Program-made: the position numbers and the translations under genes
Shown: positions 28,091 through 37,296 of the stretch, one piece after another
Layout: each line of letters begins with the position of its first letter
Numbering within the stretch: the stretch's first letter is position 1
Notes under the pieces: model-generated
The model's database searches: none
The model's input: the letters and a program-made list of their open reading frames with translations, nothing else
What the model was told of the DNA's origin: nothing
From: Alphaproteobacteria bacterium
Lineage (GTDB): Bacteria; Pseudomonadota; Alphaproteobacteria; SHVZ01
Length of the DNA stretch: 64,000 nucleotides
Reading direction: 5' to 3'
Assembly (NCBI GenBank): GCA_016869375.1
Contig: VGEH01000004.1
Location: 1,247 to 65,246 of the forward strand

Positions 28091-29842
28091 ATGTTCACCA
28101 CCCGCCCAGAGCTGCTCGGCACCTTCGGTGCGACCGCTTCGACGCATTGGCTGTCCGCGGTCACCGGGATGGGCGTACTCGAGCGCGGCGGCAATGCCTT
28201 CGATGCCGCGGCGACCATGGGCTTTGTCCAGCAGGTGGTCGAGCCGCAGCGCAACGGTCCCGGTGGCGAGGTGCCGATCCTGTTCCACCAGGCCGGCACC
28301 GACGGCGTTCGCGCGATCTCCGGCCAGGGCGTGGCGCCGGCGGCGGCCACCGTCGAGCGCTACCGAGATCTCGGCCTCGACCTGATCCCGGGCACGGGTT
28401 TCCTGGCGGCGACGACCCCGGGGCCCTTCGATGCCTGGATGGTGCTGATCCGCGATCGCGGCACGCTCCCGCTCCGCGCAATCCTGGAGCCGGCGATCGC
28501 GCTGGTCGAGAAGGGCTACCCGATCACGCCGCGTATCGCCGAGGGCATCGCCAAGGTCGCGGAGGTCTTCCGCACCGACTGGCCGACATCGGCGGCGCTC
28601 TACCTGCCGGGCGGCCAGCCGCCCAAGGCCGGCACCTATTTCAAGAACCCGGCGCTGGCCCGTACCTGGGGGCGCCTGATCGAGGAGGGCGAGGCTGCCG
28701 GCGGCGACCGCGTGCGCCAGATCGAGGCGGCGCGAAAGGCGTGGTCGCAGGGCTTCGTCGCCGAAGCGATCGAGCGTTTCGTCCGCAATCCGGTCAAGGA
28801 TACCTCCGGCCGCGCTCATGCCGGCCTGATCACCGCCGACGACATGGCGCGCTGGCAGGCGAGGGAAGAAGCGGCGGTCACCTACGACTACGGCCGCTAC
28901 ACCGTGGCGAAGTGCGGGACATGGTCCCAAGGCCCCGTCTTCCTGCAGCAACTCGCGCTGCTGAATGGAATGGATCTCGCCAAGCTCGATCCCAACGGCG
29001 CCGAGTTCGTCCATCTCTGCGTCGAGGCGACCAAGCTCGCCTTCGCCGACCGCAACGCCTATTACGGCGATCCCGACTTCGTCGAAGTGCCGCTCGATGT
29101 GCTGCTGAGCGACGCCTACAACGCCGAGCGCCGGAAGCGCATCGGTGACAAGGCGGCGATGGACACGCCGCCGGGCGCCGTTCCCGGCTATCAGCCGAAC
29201 GTCGCCAAGCTCAAGCGGGGGCCGGACATTCGGCTGGAGCCGCATTGGAAGGCGGCGATGCCGGCCGACACCGTTCATCTCGACGTCATCGACCGCCACG
29301 GCAACATGGTCTCGGCGACGCCGTCCGGCGGCTGGCTGCCGAGTTCGCCGGTGATTCCGGAACTGGGCTTCCCGCTCGGCACGCGCGGCCAGATCTTCTC
29401 GCTCGATCCGAAGCATCCGAACGCGTTGGCACCCGGCAAGCGCCCGCGAACGACGTTGACGCCGTCCATGGCGCTTCGCGACGGCAAGCCCTACATGGCC
29501 TTTGGCACGCCGGGCGGCGACCAGCAGGATCAGTGGTCGCTCGTCATGTTCCTGCGCCATGTCCATCACGGAATGAACCTTCAGCAGGCGATAGACGCGC
29601 CGGCCTTCCACACCTCGCATTTCGAAAGCTCGTTCTGGCCGCGCGGCGCCGAGCCCGGCAAGGTGCAGATCGAGAGCCGCTTCGGCGACGCCGTCGCCCA
29701 GGACCTCAAGCAGCGTGGCCACCATGTGGAAATCGTCGATGGCTGGAGCGAGGGCAATCTCTCTGCGATCACGCGCGAGGGCGAGTACCTCAAGGCCGGT
29801 GCCAACCCGCGCTACATGGAAGGCTACGCCGTCTGCCGTTGA
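28091..29842 (+). CDS. Gamma-glutamyltransferase-family Ntn hydrolase
   Basis: 583 aa with GGAG upstream of ATG 28091. GGT-like blocks are present (GGNAFDAA, TTLTPSMAL, FGTPGGDQQ). Confidence 0.8.
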   Translation: MFTTRPELLGTFGATASTHWLSAVTGMGVLERGGNAFDAAATMGFVQQVVEPQRNGPGGEVPILFHQAGTDGVRAISGQGVAPAAATVERYRDLGLDLIPGTGFLAATTPGPFDAWMVLIRDRGTLPLRAILEPAIALVEKGYPITPRIAEGIAKVAEVFRTDWPTSAALYLPGGQPPKAGTYFKNPALARTWGRLIEEGEAAGGDRVRQIEAARKAWSQGFVAEAIERFVRNPVKDTSGRAHAGLITADDMARWQAREEAAVTYDYGRYTVAKCGTWSQGPVFLQQLALLNGMDLAKLDPNGAEFVHLCVEATKLAFADRNAYYGDPDFVEVPLDVLLSDAYNAERRKRIGDKAAMDTPPGAVPGYQPNVAKLKRGPDIRLEPHWKAAMPADTVHLDVIDRHGNMVSATPSGGWLPSSPVIPELGFPLGTRGQIFSLDPKHPNALAPGKRPRTTLTPSMALRDGKPYMAFGTPGGDQQDQWSLVMFLRHVHHGMNLQQAIDAPAFHTSHFESSFWPRGAEPGKVQIESRFGDAVAQDLKQRGHHVEIVDGWSEGNLSAITREGEYLKAGANPRYMEGYAVCR

Positions 29843-29867
29843 CGCATTTCCTCGACAGGAGTCGACG

Positions 29868-30647
29868 ATGACCGCCGTCAATCACGTGAAGAAGAAGCTC
29901 GCCGAGGGCAAGATCGCTGCGGGGCTGACGCTCCGCATCGCGCAGACGGTCGAGATGACCTTCGTGGCGAAGCAGGCCGGCTTCGACTGGCTGTTCCTCG
30001 ACATGGAGCACGGATCGATGGCCGTCCACCATGTCGGCCAGCTCTCGATCGCCGCCGCGGCCGCCGGGGTGACACCCATCGCGCGCGTGACGCATCAGGA
30101 CATGGCGACCGCTTGCCGACTGCTCGATGCCGGCGCCCAGGGCATCGTCTTCCCGCATGTCGATACAGCGGAGGAGGCGCACGCCATCGTCGAGGCCTGC
30201 CGATTCGCGCCTCAGGGCAAGCGTTCCTTCGGCGGCATGCCGCCCAGCCTCGGCTTCGCGCCGATGTCGCCGGCCGAGGTGACCAAGGCATCGAACGAGC
30301 TTGTCTTCCTTATCGTCATGATCGAGACGGAAAAGGCGGTGGCGAATGTCGATGCGATCGCCGCCGTCCCCGGCATCGATTGTCTCCTGATCGGGAGCAA
30401 CGACCTGACGCTCGACATGGGCATCACTGGCGACTACGGCCACGCCAAGGTCGTCGGCGCCTATGAGGCGCTGGTCGCCGCATGCAAGAAGCACGGCAAG
30501 GTGCCGGGCATGGGCGGCATCTACGATACGGTCCACGCCAAGCGCTACATCCAGATGGGTTGCCGCTTCCTTCTCGGAGGCTCCGACCTCGCGCTGCTCT
30601 CCGCCGCTGCCAAGGCACGCGCGGAGTTCTTCGGCACGCTGCTCTAG
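29868..30647 (+). CDS. HpcH/HpaI family class II aldolase
   Basis: 259 aa. AGFDWLFLDMEHG and the overall HpaI-like N-terminus. Confidence 0.8.
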   Translation: MTAVNHVKKKLAEGKIAAGLTLRIAQTVEMTFVAKQAGFDWLFLDMEHGSMAVHHVGQLSIAAAAAGVTPIARVTHQDMATACRLLDAGAQGIVFPHVDTAEEAHAIVEACRFAPQGKRSFGGMPPSLGFAPMSPAEVTKASNELVFLIVMIETEKAVANVDAIAAVPGIDCLLIGSNDLTLDMGITGDYGHAKVVGAYEALVAACKKHGKVPGMGGIYDTVHAKRYIQMGCRFLLGGSDLALLSAAAKARAEFFGTLL

Positions 30648-30653
30648 GCCCTC

Positions 30654-31526
30654 ATGCCTCTCACCTGGTCCGCTCTGCCGCCGGTCGCGAAGACGGCGGT
30701 CTGGATGGTGTTGTGCGGCATCTTCTTCTCGGTGATGTCGGTGCTGATCCGTATCGGCTCGGCCGAGCTGCCGGCGACGACCATGATCGTCGCCCGCAAT
30801 GGCATTGCCTTTCTCTGCCTTGCCCCCTTTCTGTTCCGCCACGGCCTGCAGGTGGTGCGGGCGCCGCGGCCCTTCTTCCTCATGTGGCTCGGCGCGATCC
30901 AGGTCCTCTCCAATGTCGGCTGGTTCCTGGCGCTGAAGGTGGTACCGATCGCAGATGCGACCGCGATCAGCTTTCTGACCACTATCATCACCCCGGTGCT
31001 CGCCATCTACTTCCTGCGCGAGCCGCCGCGCCCGGTGCGCTTCATGGCGCTCGCCGTGGGCCTTATCGGCGCCGTCGTCATCGTCCGTCCCGGCTTCCAG
31101 GAGACCTCGCCGGAGGTGCTGATGCTGCTCGGCAATGCGGTGATCTATGCCGGCTTCGCGCTCATCATCCGCAATGCCAGCCGCGACCATTCCTCGGAGA
31201 TGATCGTCTTCTACACGCTGGCCTCCGCCGTGCCTTTGGCTGCCGTTATCGCGATTCCGGACCTTGCCTGGCCGTCGTCATGGGGCTGGGCGATCCTGCT
31301 GGGCATCGGCTTCTGCGCCGGCCTGGGGCAGATCACGGCGACGCTGGGCTACGCCTCGGGCGAGACCTCGCTGGTGATGGCCTTCGACTTCCTCAAGCTG
31401 CCGATCGCGGCTGCCGTCTCGATGCTCATTCTGAGCGAGGCGCCGGACCGCTGGACCTGGATCGGTGCTGCGGTCATCTTCGCCGCCGCCTGGGTGATGG
31501 TCCGTAACGAGACACGAACGAAGTGA
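30654..31526 (+). CDS. DMT superfamily (EamA-like) transporter
   Basis: 290 aa with 10 TM helices. Confidence 0.8.
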   Translation: MPLTWSALPPVAKTAVWMVLCGIFFSVMSVLIRIGSAELPATTMIVARNGIAFLCLAPFLFRHGLQVVRAPRPFFLMWLGAIQVLSNVGWFLALKVVPIADATAISFLTTIITPVLAIYFLREPPRPVRFMALAVGLIGAVVIVRPGFQETSPEVLMLLGNAVIYAGFALIIRNASRDHSSEMIVFYTLASAVPLAAVIAIPDLAWPSSWGWAILLGIGFCAGLGQITATLGYASGETSLVMAFDFLKLPIAAAVSMLILSEAPDRWTWIGAAVIFAAAWVMVRNETRTK

Positions 31527-31542
31527 TGGAAAGGGTTTGTCA

Positions 31543-32583
31543 ATGAATCGCGCGCGGCTCAAGGGCAAGGTGCAGACGGTGTGCGGGCTGATCGATCCGG
31601 AGAAGCTCGGTCACACGCTGATGCACGAGCATCTGCTCTCCGATCTCCGCACGCCTCAGCAACGCACGGTCAACGAGCCAGAAGACCCGATCAGCCTGGA
31701 GAATGTCTGGGAGATCAATTACGGCCGCCGCGCCCACCGCCTGCAATACGTCCTCGACATGAAGGATATCGCCCAGGTCGAGATGAGCGCGCTTCGCGTG
31801 CTCGGCGGCGATTCCGTGGTCGAGCTCACCTGCGGCGGCATCCGGCCCGACCCGAAGGGCCTCGCCGACATCCAGCTCGGCACCGGCGTCAACATCATCA
31901 TGGGCTGCGGCTATTACGTCGAGCAGTACCAGGACCCGTCGAACAAGACGCGCAGCGTCGACAGCTTCGCGCGCGAGATCGTCGGCCAGGTTTTCGACGG
32001 TGCCTGGGGCACCGATGTGCGGGCCGGGATCATTGGCGAGATCGGTTCGCAGAACCCATGGACCGATCTGGAGAAGACGGTCATGCGGGGCGCGGTCATC
32101 GCCCAGCAGGAGACCGGCGCCGCCCTCAACATCCATCCCGGCCGGCGCGAGGACCTGCCGCTTGAGATCGCGACCACGATCAAGGGCTGGGGGGCAGATC
32201 TCACGCGCACAATCATCAGCCATATCGACCGCACCATCCTGGAGGTCGATCCGCTGCTGCGCCTCGCCGAGACGGGTGTCGTGCTCGAATTCGACATGTT
32301 CGGCGTCGAGAACACCTACTACCCGCTGAACGAGGCGATCGACATGCCCAATGACGGCATGCGGCTCCGGCTGATCAAGGCGCTGCTCGACCATGGCCAT
32401 CGCGACCGGATCGTGATCTCCCACGACATCGACTGCCGCACCCGACTGGTGAATTTCGGCGGTCATGGTTACGGCCACATCCTCCGGAACGTGGTGCCGC
32501 TGATGCGCGCGCGGAACTTCAGCGAGGCCGATATCGACGGCATCCTGGTCGAGAACCCGAAACGGCTCCTGACCTTCGTCTAG
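31543..32583 (+). CDS. Phosphotriesterase-related (PTE/PLL family) amidohydrolase-fold hydrolase, probable lactonase
   Basis: GHTLMHEHL metal-binding HxH motif. GGAAAGGG Shine-Dalgarno before ATG 31543 (the track start 31537 is TTG). Confidence 0.8.
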   Translation: MNRARLKGKVQTVCGLIDPEKLGHTLMHEHLLSDLRTPQQRTVNEPEDPISLENVWEINYGRRAHRLQYVLDMKDIAQVEMSALRVLGGDSVVELTCGGIRPDPKGLADIQLGTGVNIIMGCGYYVEQYQDPSNKTRSVDSFAREIVGQVFDGAWGTDVRAGIIGEIGSQNPWTDLEKTVMRGAVIAQQETGAALNIHPGRREDLPLEIATTIKGWGADLTRTIISHIDRTILEVDPLLRLAETGVVLEFDMFGVENTYYPLNEAIDMPNDGMRLRLIKALLDHGHRDRIVISHDIDCRTRLVNFGGHGYGHILRNVVPLMRARNFSEADIDGILVENPKRLLTFV

Positions 32584-32587
32584 GCGC

Positions 32588-33886
32588 ATGGCGACGCTCG
32601 CCAAGGCAGATTTCCTGCCGGCCGCCGAGCTTCTCGGCTGGCAGCAGGAGCGTTGGGCACAGCAACGCGCGTGGGTTGCCGGATCGCCGCTCTATCGCGG
32701 CCTCTGGTCAGGCCGATCGGCGCCTAGGCTCGAAGATCTGCCGACGCTGCCACTCAGCGACAAGGCCATGCTACGCGCGAGCCAGCGGACCTCTCCGCCC
32801 TTCGGCGACTATCTGCGCGCCGATCCCTCCGAGGTTCGGCGCATCCACCGCACTTCCGGGACGACCGGCGAGGCGATGAACATCGCGCTCTCGGCCGAGG
32901 ATGCCGAGGACACAGCCATCGTCGGCGCGCGTGCGCAGGGGGCGTCGGGCCTCGGCCCAGGCCATCGCGTCGTTCACTGCCTCAACTATCAGCTCTGGAT
33001 GGGCGGTTTCACCGATCACACGACGCTGGAAGCGACCGGCGCCACCGTCATTCCCTTCGGCGTCGGCGGCAGCGAGAAGCTGGTGCGCACGATCCGCGAG
33101 CTCTGCATCACCGCGATCTCCTGCACGCCCTCGTATCCGGCGGTGCTGGAGCGGACCATCGCCGAGCACTTTCCCGGCCTGAGGCCGGCCGATCTGGGCC
33201 TCAAGCTCGGCCTGTTCGGCGGCGAAGCCGGCCTCGACGATCCTGCCTTCCGCGACCGGCTCGAATCCACCTGGGGCTTCAAGGCCAGGAATGCCAACTA
33301 CGGCGTCTCCGACGTCTTCTGCAATTTCGCCGGGCAGTGCGAGCACCAGACCGACCTGCATTTCATCGGGCTCGACGTGCTGTGGCCGGAGCTGATCGAG
33401 CCCGAAAGCAGCACGGTCAAACCGTGGCGGGAAGGAGAGACGGGCGAACTCGTGCTCACCCACCTCTCGCGTGTCTGCCAGCCGCTCGCCCGTTTCCGCA
33501 CCGGCGATATCGTTACGTTGATCGGGTTCGGCCGCTGCGCCTGCGGCCGGCATGCGCCGCGCTTCCGCGTCGTCGGGCGCTCCGACGATATGGTCGTGGT
33601 CCGTGGCCTCAACGTCTTCCCGACTGCGGTCGCCGCCGTGCTCGGCGGTTTCGCGGCCCTGTCGGGCGAGTACCGCATCCGGCTTTCCGGCCGCGGCCCC
33701 TACGATGTGTTGCCGGTCGAAGCTGAGTTGGCGGCCGGCGCGGCGCCCGACCTCGCCGAGGCGGTCGTCGCTGCAATCAAGAGGGAGATCGGCGTCACTG
33801 CCTCCGTTACGCTGCTGCCGCCGGGCACCTTGCCGCGGACCGAAGGCAAGACCCGGCGCGTCATCCGCGAGGGAGGGGCTTCGTGA
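32588..33886 (+). CDS. Phenylacetate-CoA ligase-like (PaaK/F390 synthetase family) adenylating enzyme
   Basis: 432 aa with RIHRTSGTTGEAM and a PaaK-like layout. Confidence 0.75.
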   Translation: MATLAKADFLPAAELLGWQQERWAQQRAWVAGSPLYRGLWSGRSAPRLEDLPTLPLSDKAMLRASQRTSPPFGDYLRADPSEVRRIHRTSGTTGEAMNIALSAEDAEDTAIVGARAQGASGLGPGHRVVHCLNYQLWMGGFTDHTTLEATGATVIPFGVGGSEKLVRTIRELCITAISCTPSYPAVLERTIAEHFPGLRPADLGLKLGLFGGEAGLDDPAFRDRLESTWGFKARNANYGVSDVFCNFAGQCEHQTDLHFIGLDVLWPELIEPESSTVKPWREGETGELVLTHLSRVCQPLARFRTGDIVTLIGFGRCACGRHAPRFRVVGRSDDMVVVRGLNVFPTAVAAVLGGFAALSGEYRIRLSGRGPYDVLPVEAELAAGAAPDLAEAVVAAIKREIGVTASVTLLPPGTLPRTEGKTRRVIREGGAS

Positions 33887-34635
33887 CGACCGTGGTCACC
33901 GTCGAGGCGCCGGGCTGCCGGGTCGTCACGCTCAACCGGCCGGAGCGCCTGAACGCCATCAACGGCACGCTGCTCGACGATCTCGCCGCTGCGCTGCGCA
34001 CCGCGAATGCCGATAGGTCTATCACCTCGATCGTGCTGACCGGCGCCGGCCGCGCCTTCTGCGCCGGCGACGACCTCAAGGAGTTCGAGATCCAGGCGCA
34101 GACCGAGGCCGAGGCGCGGAGCCATGTCGAGCGCATCCAGGAGATCACGCGGCTGATCCTCAGGAGCCCGCATATCGTCATCGTCGCGGCATCCGGCTGG
34201 GCGGTGGGTGGGGGGCTTGAATGGACGATCAACGCCGATCTCGTGGTGATGGCCGATGACTGCAAATGCTTCTTCCCTGAGCTCTCGCTCGGCCTCTTCG
34301 TCACCGGTGGCGTGACCTGGCTCTTGCCCGAGCGCTGCGGCCGGACGGCGGCGCTCGAGCTGATGCTGCTGGGCGAGCGCTTCGACGCAGTGCGCGCGAA
34401 GGAGCTTGGTATCGCTGGCCGTATCGTCCCGCGCGAGCGCCTGCTCGACGAGGCGACGAAGATCGCCGAGAAGATCGCCTCGCTTCCCCCTGTCCGCGTC
34501 CGCGCGCTCAAGCGCGCAATCCAGGGCGCGACCGACATCGACACGGCGATGCGGATCGAGACGGACGAGACCATCGCCGCCTTCCTCGACCCCGACACGG
34601 CGCACCGCATCGCCGGCTTCGCGAAGAAAAGCTGA
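33883..34635 (+). CDS. Enoyl-CoA hydratase/isomerase (crotonase) family protein
   Basis: 250 aa with VVTLNRPERLNAI and GAGRAFCAGDDL. GTGA overlap with the ligase gene. Confidence 0.85.
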   Translation: MTTVVTVEAPGCRVVTLNRPERLNAINGTLLDDLAAALRTANADRSITSIVLTGAGRAFCAGDDLKEFEIQAQTEAEARSHVERIQEITRLILRSPHIVIVAASGWAVGGGLEWTINADLVVMADDCKCFFPELSLGLFVTGGVTWLLPERCGRTAALELMLLGERFDAVRAKELGIAGRIVPRERLLDEATKIAEKIASLPPVRVRALKRAIQGATDIDTAMRIETDETIAAFLDPDTAHRIAGFAKKS

Positions 34636-34654
34636 CCTTAATAGGAGAGTCCCC

Positions 34655-34981
34655 ATGATCCACGAGCTTCGCGTCTATACCTGCCTTCCTGGGCGCCTGC
34701 CGGCGCTGCTCAAGCGCTTCGAGACCAAGACGCTCAAGATCTGGGAGAAGCACGGCATCCGCCAGGCCGGTTTCTGGACCGTGCTGGTCGGCGACTCCAA
34801 CCTTGTGCTGAACTACCTGCTCGCCTGGGAATCCATGGCCGAGCGCGAGCAGAAATGGAATGCCTTCATGGCGGACCCGGAGTGGATCGCCGCGCGCAAC
34901 GAGTCCGAGAAGGACGGGCTAGTCATCGCCAAGGTGACCAACGAGTTCTGGCAGCCGACGTCCTTCTCGTCGGTCAGGTAG
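34655..34981 (+). CDS. NIPSNAP family protein
   Basis: 108 aa. MIHELRVYTCLPGRLPALLKRFE is typical of NIPSNAP. GGAGAG Shine-Dalgarno upstream. Confidence 0.75.
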   Translation: MIHELRVYTCLPGRLPALLKRFETKTLKIWEKHGIRQAGFWTVLVGDSNLVLNYLLAWESMAEREQKWNAFMADPEWIAARNESEKDGLVIAKVTNEFWQPTSFSSVR

Positions 34982-35933
34982 CGTTCCGCTCGATCAGCTT
35001 GATCAGGTCGGCGATCGTGCCGAGACGGGTTGCGACACTCGCATCCGGCGGGCGGATGCCGATCTTGGCGCCGATGAAGTCGAGGCCCTTGCCGGCGGCG
35101 GCGAGCGAGGCCTTGATCTCGGGCTCGGTCAGCAGCGACCCCTCGGCTGCATGGGCGATGCCCGGCGCCGGAGCATGCGGCATGTGCGCGTCCTGCCAGG
35201 CGCCGTAGGGAGTCTGCGCGCCGGACGCGCCGGAGAACATGAGGCCGGAGAGCGCGCCGGCGTCGCGGGCCTGCTTGATGTGATCGACCGCGGTCTCGGC
35301 CTTGTAGGTCTCCAGCACCGAGCGGCCCCAGTTGATCGAGACGCCGATCGGCTTCCTAGCCGATTTGTTCGCACCCGCGATCGCCTTCAGCTCGTCATCG
35401 AGGGTGAGGAAGCCTTTGATCGGCGGATGGCCGGCACGGTAGGCGTCGCAATGCTCGATGACGATGCGCGCACCCTGCCAGTCCCAGCCGGCGATCTCGG
35501 CCAGCGACTCCGTGAACGCGCCGGCCGAGCCCTTGCCGCCGCCGCCCTGGGTGGGACCCGACTGCACCTCGACCGCGATCACCGCCTTGCGTCCGACCGC
35601 GGCGTTGATGCGACCGACCGCGTCCCGGGCCTTGCTCGCGAAGGCGACCGCCGCCCTGCGTCCGGCGGCATCGTCGGAGGCGAGGCCGAAGGTCTTGTCC
35701 TTGACCAGCGTCTGCATCGTGCCGGGGATGCAGGTGACGACGAAATCCCAGTCCTTCTTGAGCGCGCGCAGCAGCCACGCCTCGTCATGCGGATGCAGTG
35801 CGCCGGTGAGGGGGACTTCCAGGCCGCGCACGCTCGGCATCGCCTTGAGCCCGTCGTAGTAGGCGGTTTCCGCCGCCTCGTTCCAGGCGGTCGAGGCAGG
35901 CGAGGTGGCATAGGCGCCGACGATGGTGGCCAT
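34974..35933 (-). CDS. Conserved hypothetical protein (possibly DUF4862 / TIM-barrel-like; name from memory)
   Basis: 319 aa with high GC3 and a non-repetitive, globular-looking sequence. It lies directly downstream of the AraC regulator on the same strand. Confidence 0.55.
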   Translation of the reverse strand: MATIVGAYATSPASTAWNEAAETAYYDGLKAMPSVRGLEVPLTGALHPHDEAWLLRALKKDWDFVVTCIPGTMQTLVKDKTFGLASDDAAGRRAAVAFASKARDAVGRINAAVGRKAVIAVEVQSGPTQGGGGKGSAGAFTESLAEIAGWDWQGARIVIEHCDAYRAGHPPIKGFLTLDDELKAIAGANKSARKPIGVSINWGRSVLETYKAETAVDHIKQARDAGALSGLMFSGASGAQTPYGAWQDAHMPHAPAPGIAHAAEGSLLTEPEIKASLAAAGKGLDFIGAKIGIRPPDASVATRLGTIADLIKLIERNAT

Positions 35934-35978
35934 GGGAGATTTCCAGATCGAGGATGGGGAAGCGAGAGGCGAGAGAGC

Positions 35979-36821
35979 TTAGCAGCGAAGCCGACTCGCC
36001 CGATAGCGGCCCGGCGTCATGCCGTAGGCAGCCCTGAAGCGCCGGGTCAGATGCGCCTGGTCGGTGAAGCCGAGCGCGGCGGAGACTTCGGCCGGAGCCA
36101 CGCCGGCAGCGAGCAGCCGCTTCGCCCGTTCCAGCCGGAGGAGTCGCAGATAGGCGGAAGGTGCGAGGCCGAAGCGGCGCTGGAAGGATCGCGTCAGATG
36201 GAAGCGGCTCATGCCCGCGAGGTTGGCGAGTTCGCCCAGGGTTACGTCTTCCTCGGGCGCGTCCCGCAGCCGGTCGCGGACGCGGAGCACCGCGCGGTCG
36301 GCGCGGCCGGGCAGGGGCACGGCGCCCGCTCCGCCATAGCGATGGGCGAGATGGACCAGCAGGCGCAGCAGCGCGTCGTCGCACGTCATCGTATCCGTGT
36401 TGGCCGCGAGCAGATCGTAGGCGCGCGAGACCATGCCGGCGGTCTCCGGATCGACCGCCATCGGCCGATCGAACAGCGGCTCGGGGTTGTCGACCTCGCC
36501 GGTGAGGATGCCGCGTGCCGTGGCCGTGTCGACATAGAGCATGCGGTAGGTGAAGCCCTCGGGCGTCGTGGCACGGCCGTCATGCAGCTCGGTCGGGTTG
36601 AACAGCATGATCGCGCCGGGCTCAGTCGCGTGACCGATACTGCGGCAGGTGAAGGTCTGGGAGCCTGTTTCGGTTATGCCGATGGCATAGGTCTCATGCG
36701 CGTGGCGATCGTAGGCGTGGCGCGTGAAGCGCGCGTACAAGCGCTCGATCCCGGTCGCGGGATCGGTGTCGTAGCGCACCCATTCGTCGGTGGCCGGCCG
36801 CACAGCGATACAAGACCTCAA
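35979..36821 (-). CDS. AraC family transcriptional regulator (cupin-like N-terminal domain plus HTH)
   Basis: C-terminal HTH LGELANLAGMSRFHLTRSFQRRFGLAPSAYLRLLRLERAKRLL. Confidence 0.9.
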   Translation of the reverse strand: MRSCIAVRPATDEWVRYDTDPATGIERLYARFTRHAYDRHAHETYAIGITETGSQTFTCRSIGHATEPGAIMLFNPTELHDGRATTPEGFTYRMLYVDTATARGILTGEVDNPEPLFDRPMAVDPETAGMVSRAYDLLAANTDTMTCDDALLRLLVHLAHRYGGAGAVPLPGRADRAVLRVRDRLRDAPEEDVTLGELANLAGMSRFHLTRSFQRRFGLAPSAYLRLLRLERAKRLLAAGVAPAEVSAALGFTDQAHLTRRFRAAYGMTPGRYRASRLRC

Positions 36822-36868
36822 GCGGTGTTTCCGCCACCCTAGGCCCGAACGCCCGCCAGGAGAAGGCC

Positions 36869-37279
36869 ATGCGCTTCGAGACCAAGATCGCCATCGCCGT
36901 CCGCGCCGACCTGCCGGTCTGGCAGAAGCTGAATGTCACCGCCTTCCTGGCGAGCGCCATCGCCGGCGCCGATCGCGGGCTGATCGGCGAGCCCTATGAG
37001 GACGGCTCCGGCATCCGCTCGCTCGCGATGTTCCGCCAGCCGGTCCTGGTCTTCGCTGGCTCCGGCGGGGACCTGACCAAGGCCCATGGCCGTCTCCTTG
37101 AGCGCAATCTGCCCTTCGCGCTGTACACTGAGGAGATGTTCTCGACCGGCCATGACGAGGCCAACCGCGCGGCGGTGAAGGCGGTGGCGACGGAGGCGTT
37201 GAAGATCGTCGGGCTTAGGATGCATGGGGATCGCAAGGACGTGGATAAGATTGTGAAGGGGATGGCGCTGCATCCTTAA
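36869..37279 (+). CDS. DUF2000 family protein
   Basis: 136 aa beginning MRFETKIAIAVRADLPVWQKLNVTAFLAS. Divergent from AraC, separated from its start codon by a 47-nt spacer. Confidence 0.7.
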   Translation: MRFETKIAIAVRADLPVWQKLNVTAFLASAIAGADRGLIGEPYEDGSGIRSLAMFRQPVLVFAGSGGDLTKAHGRLLERNLPFALYTEEMFSTGHDEANRAAVKAVATEALKIVGLRMHGDRKDVDKIVKGMALHP

Positions 37280-37296
37280 GGCCACGGTCCGCGGCC

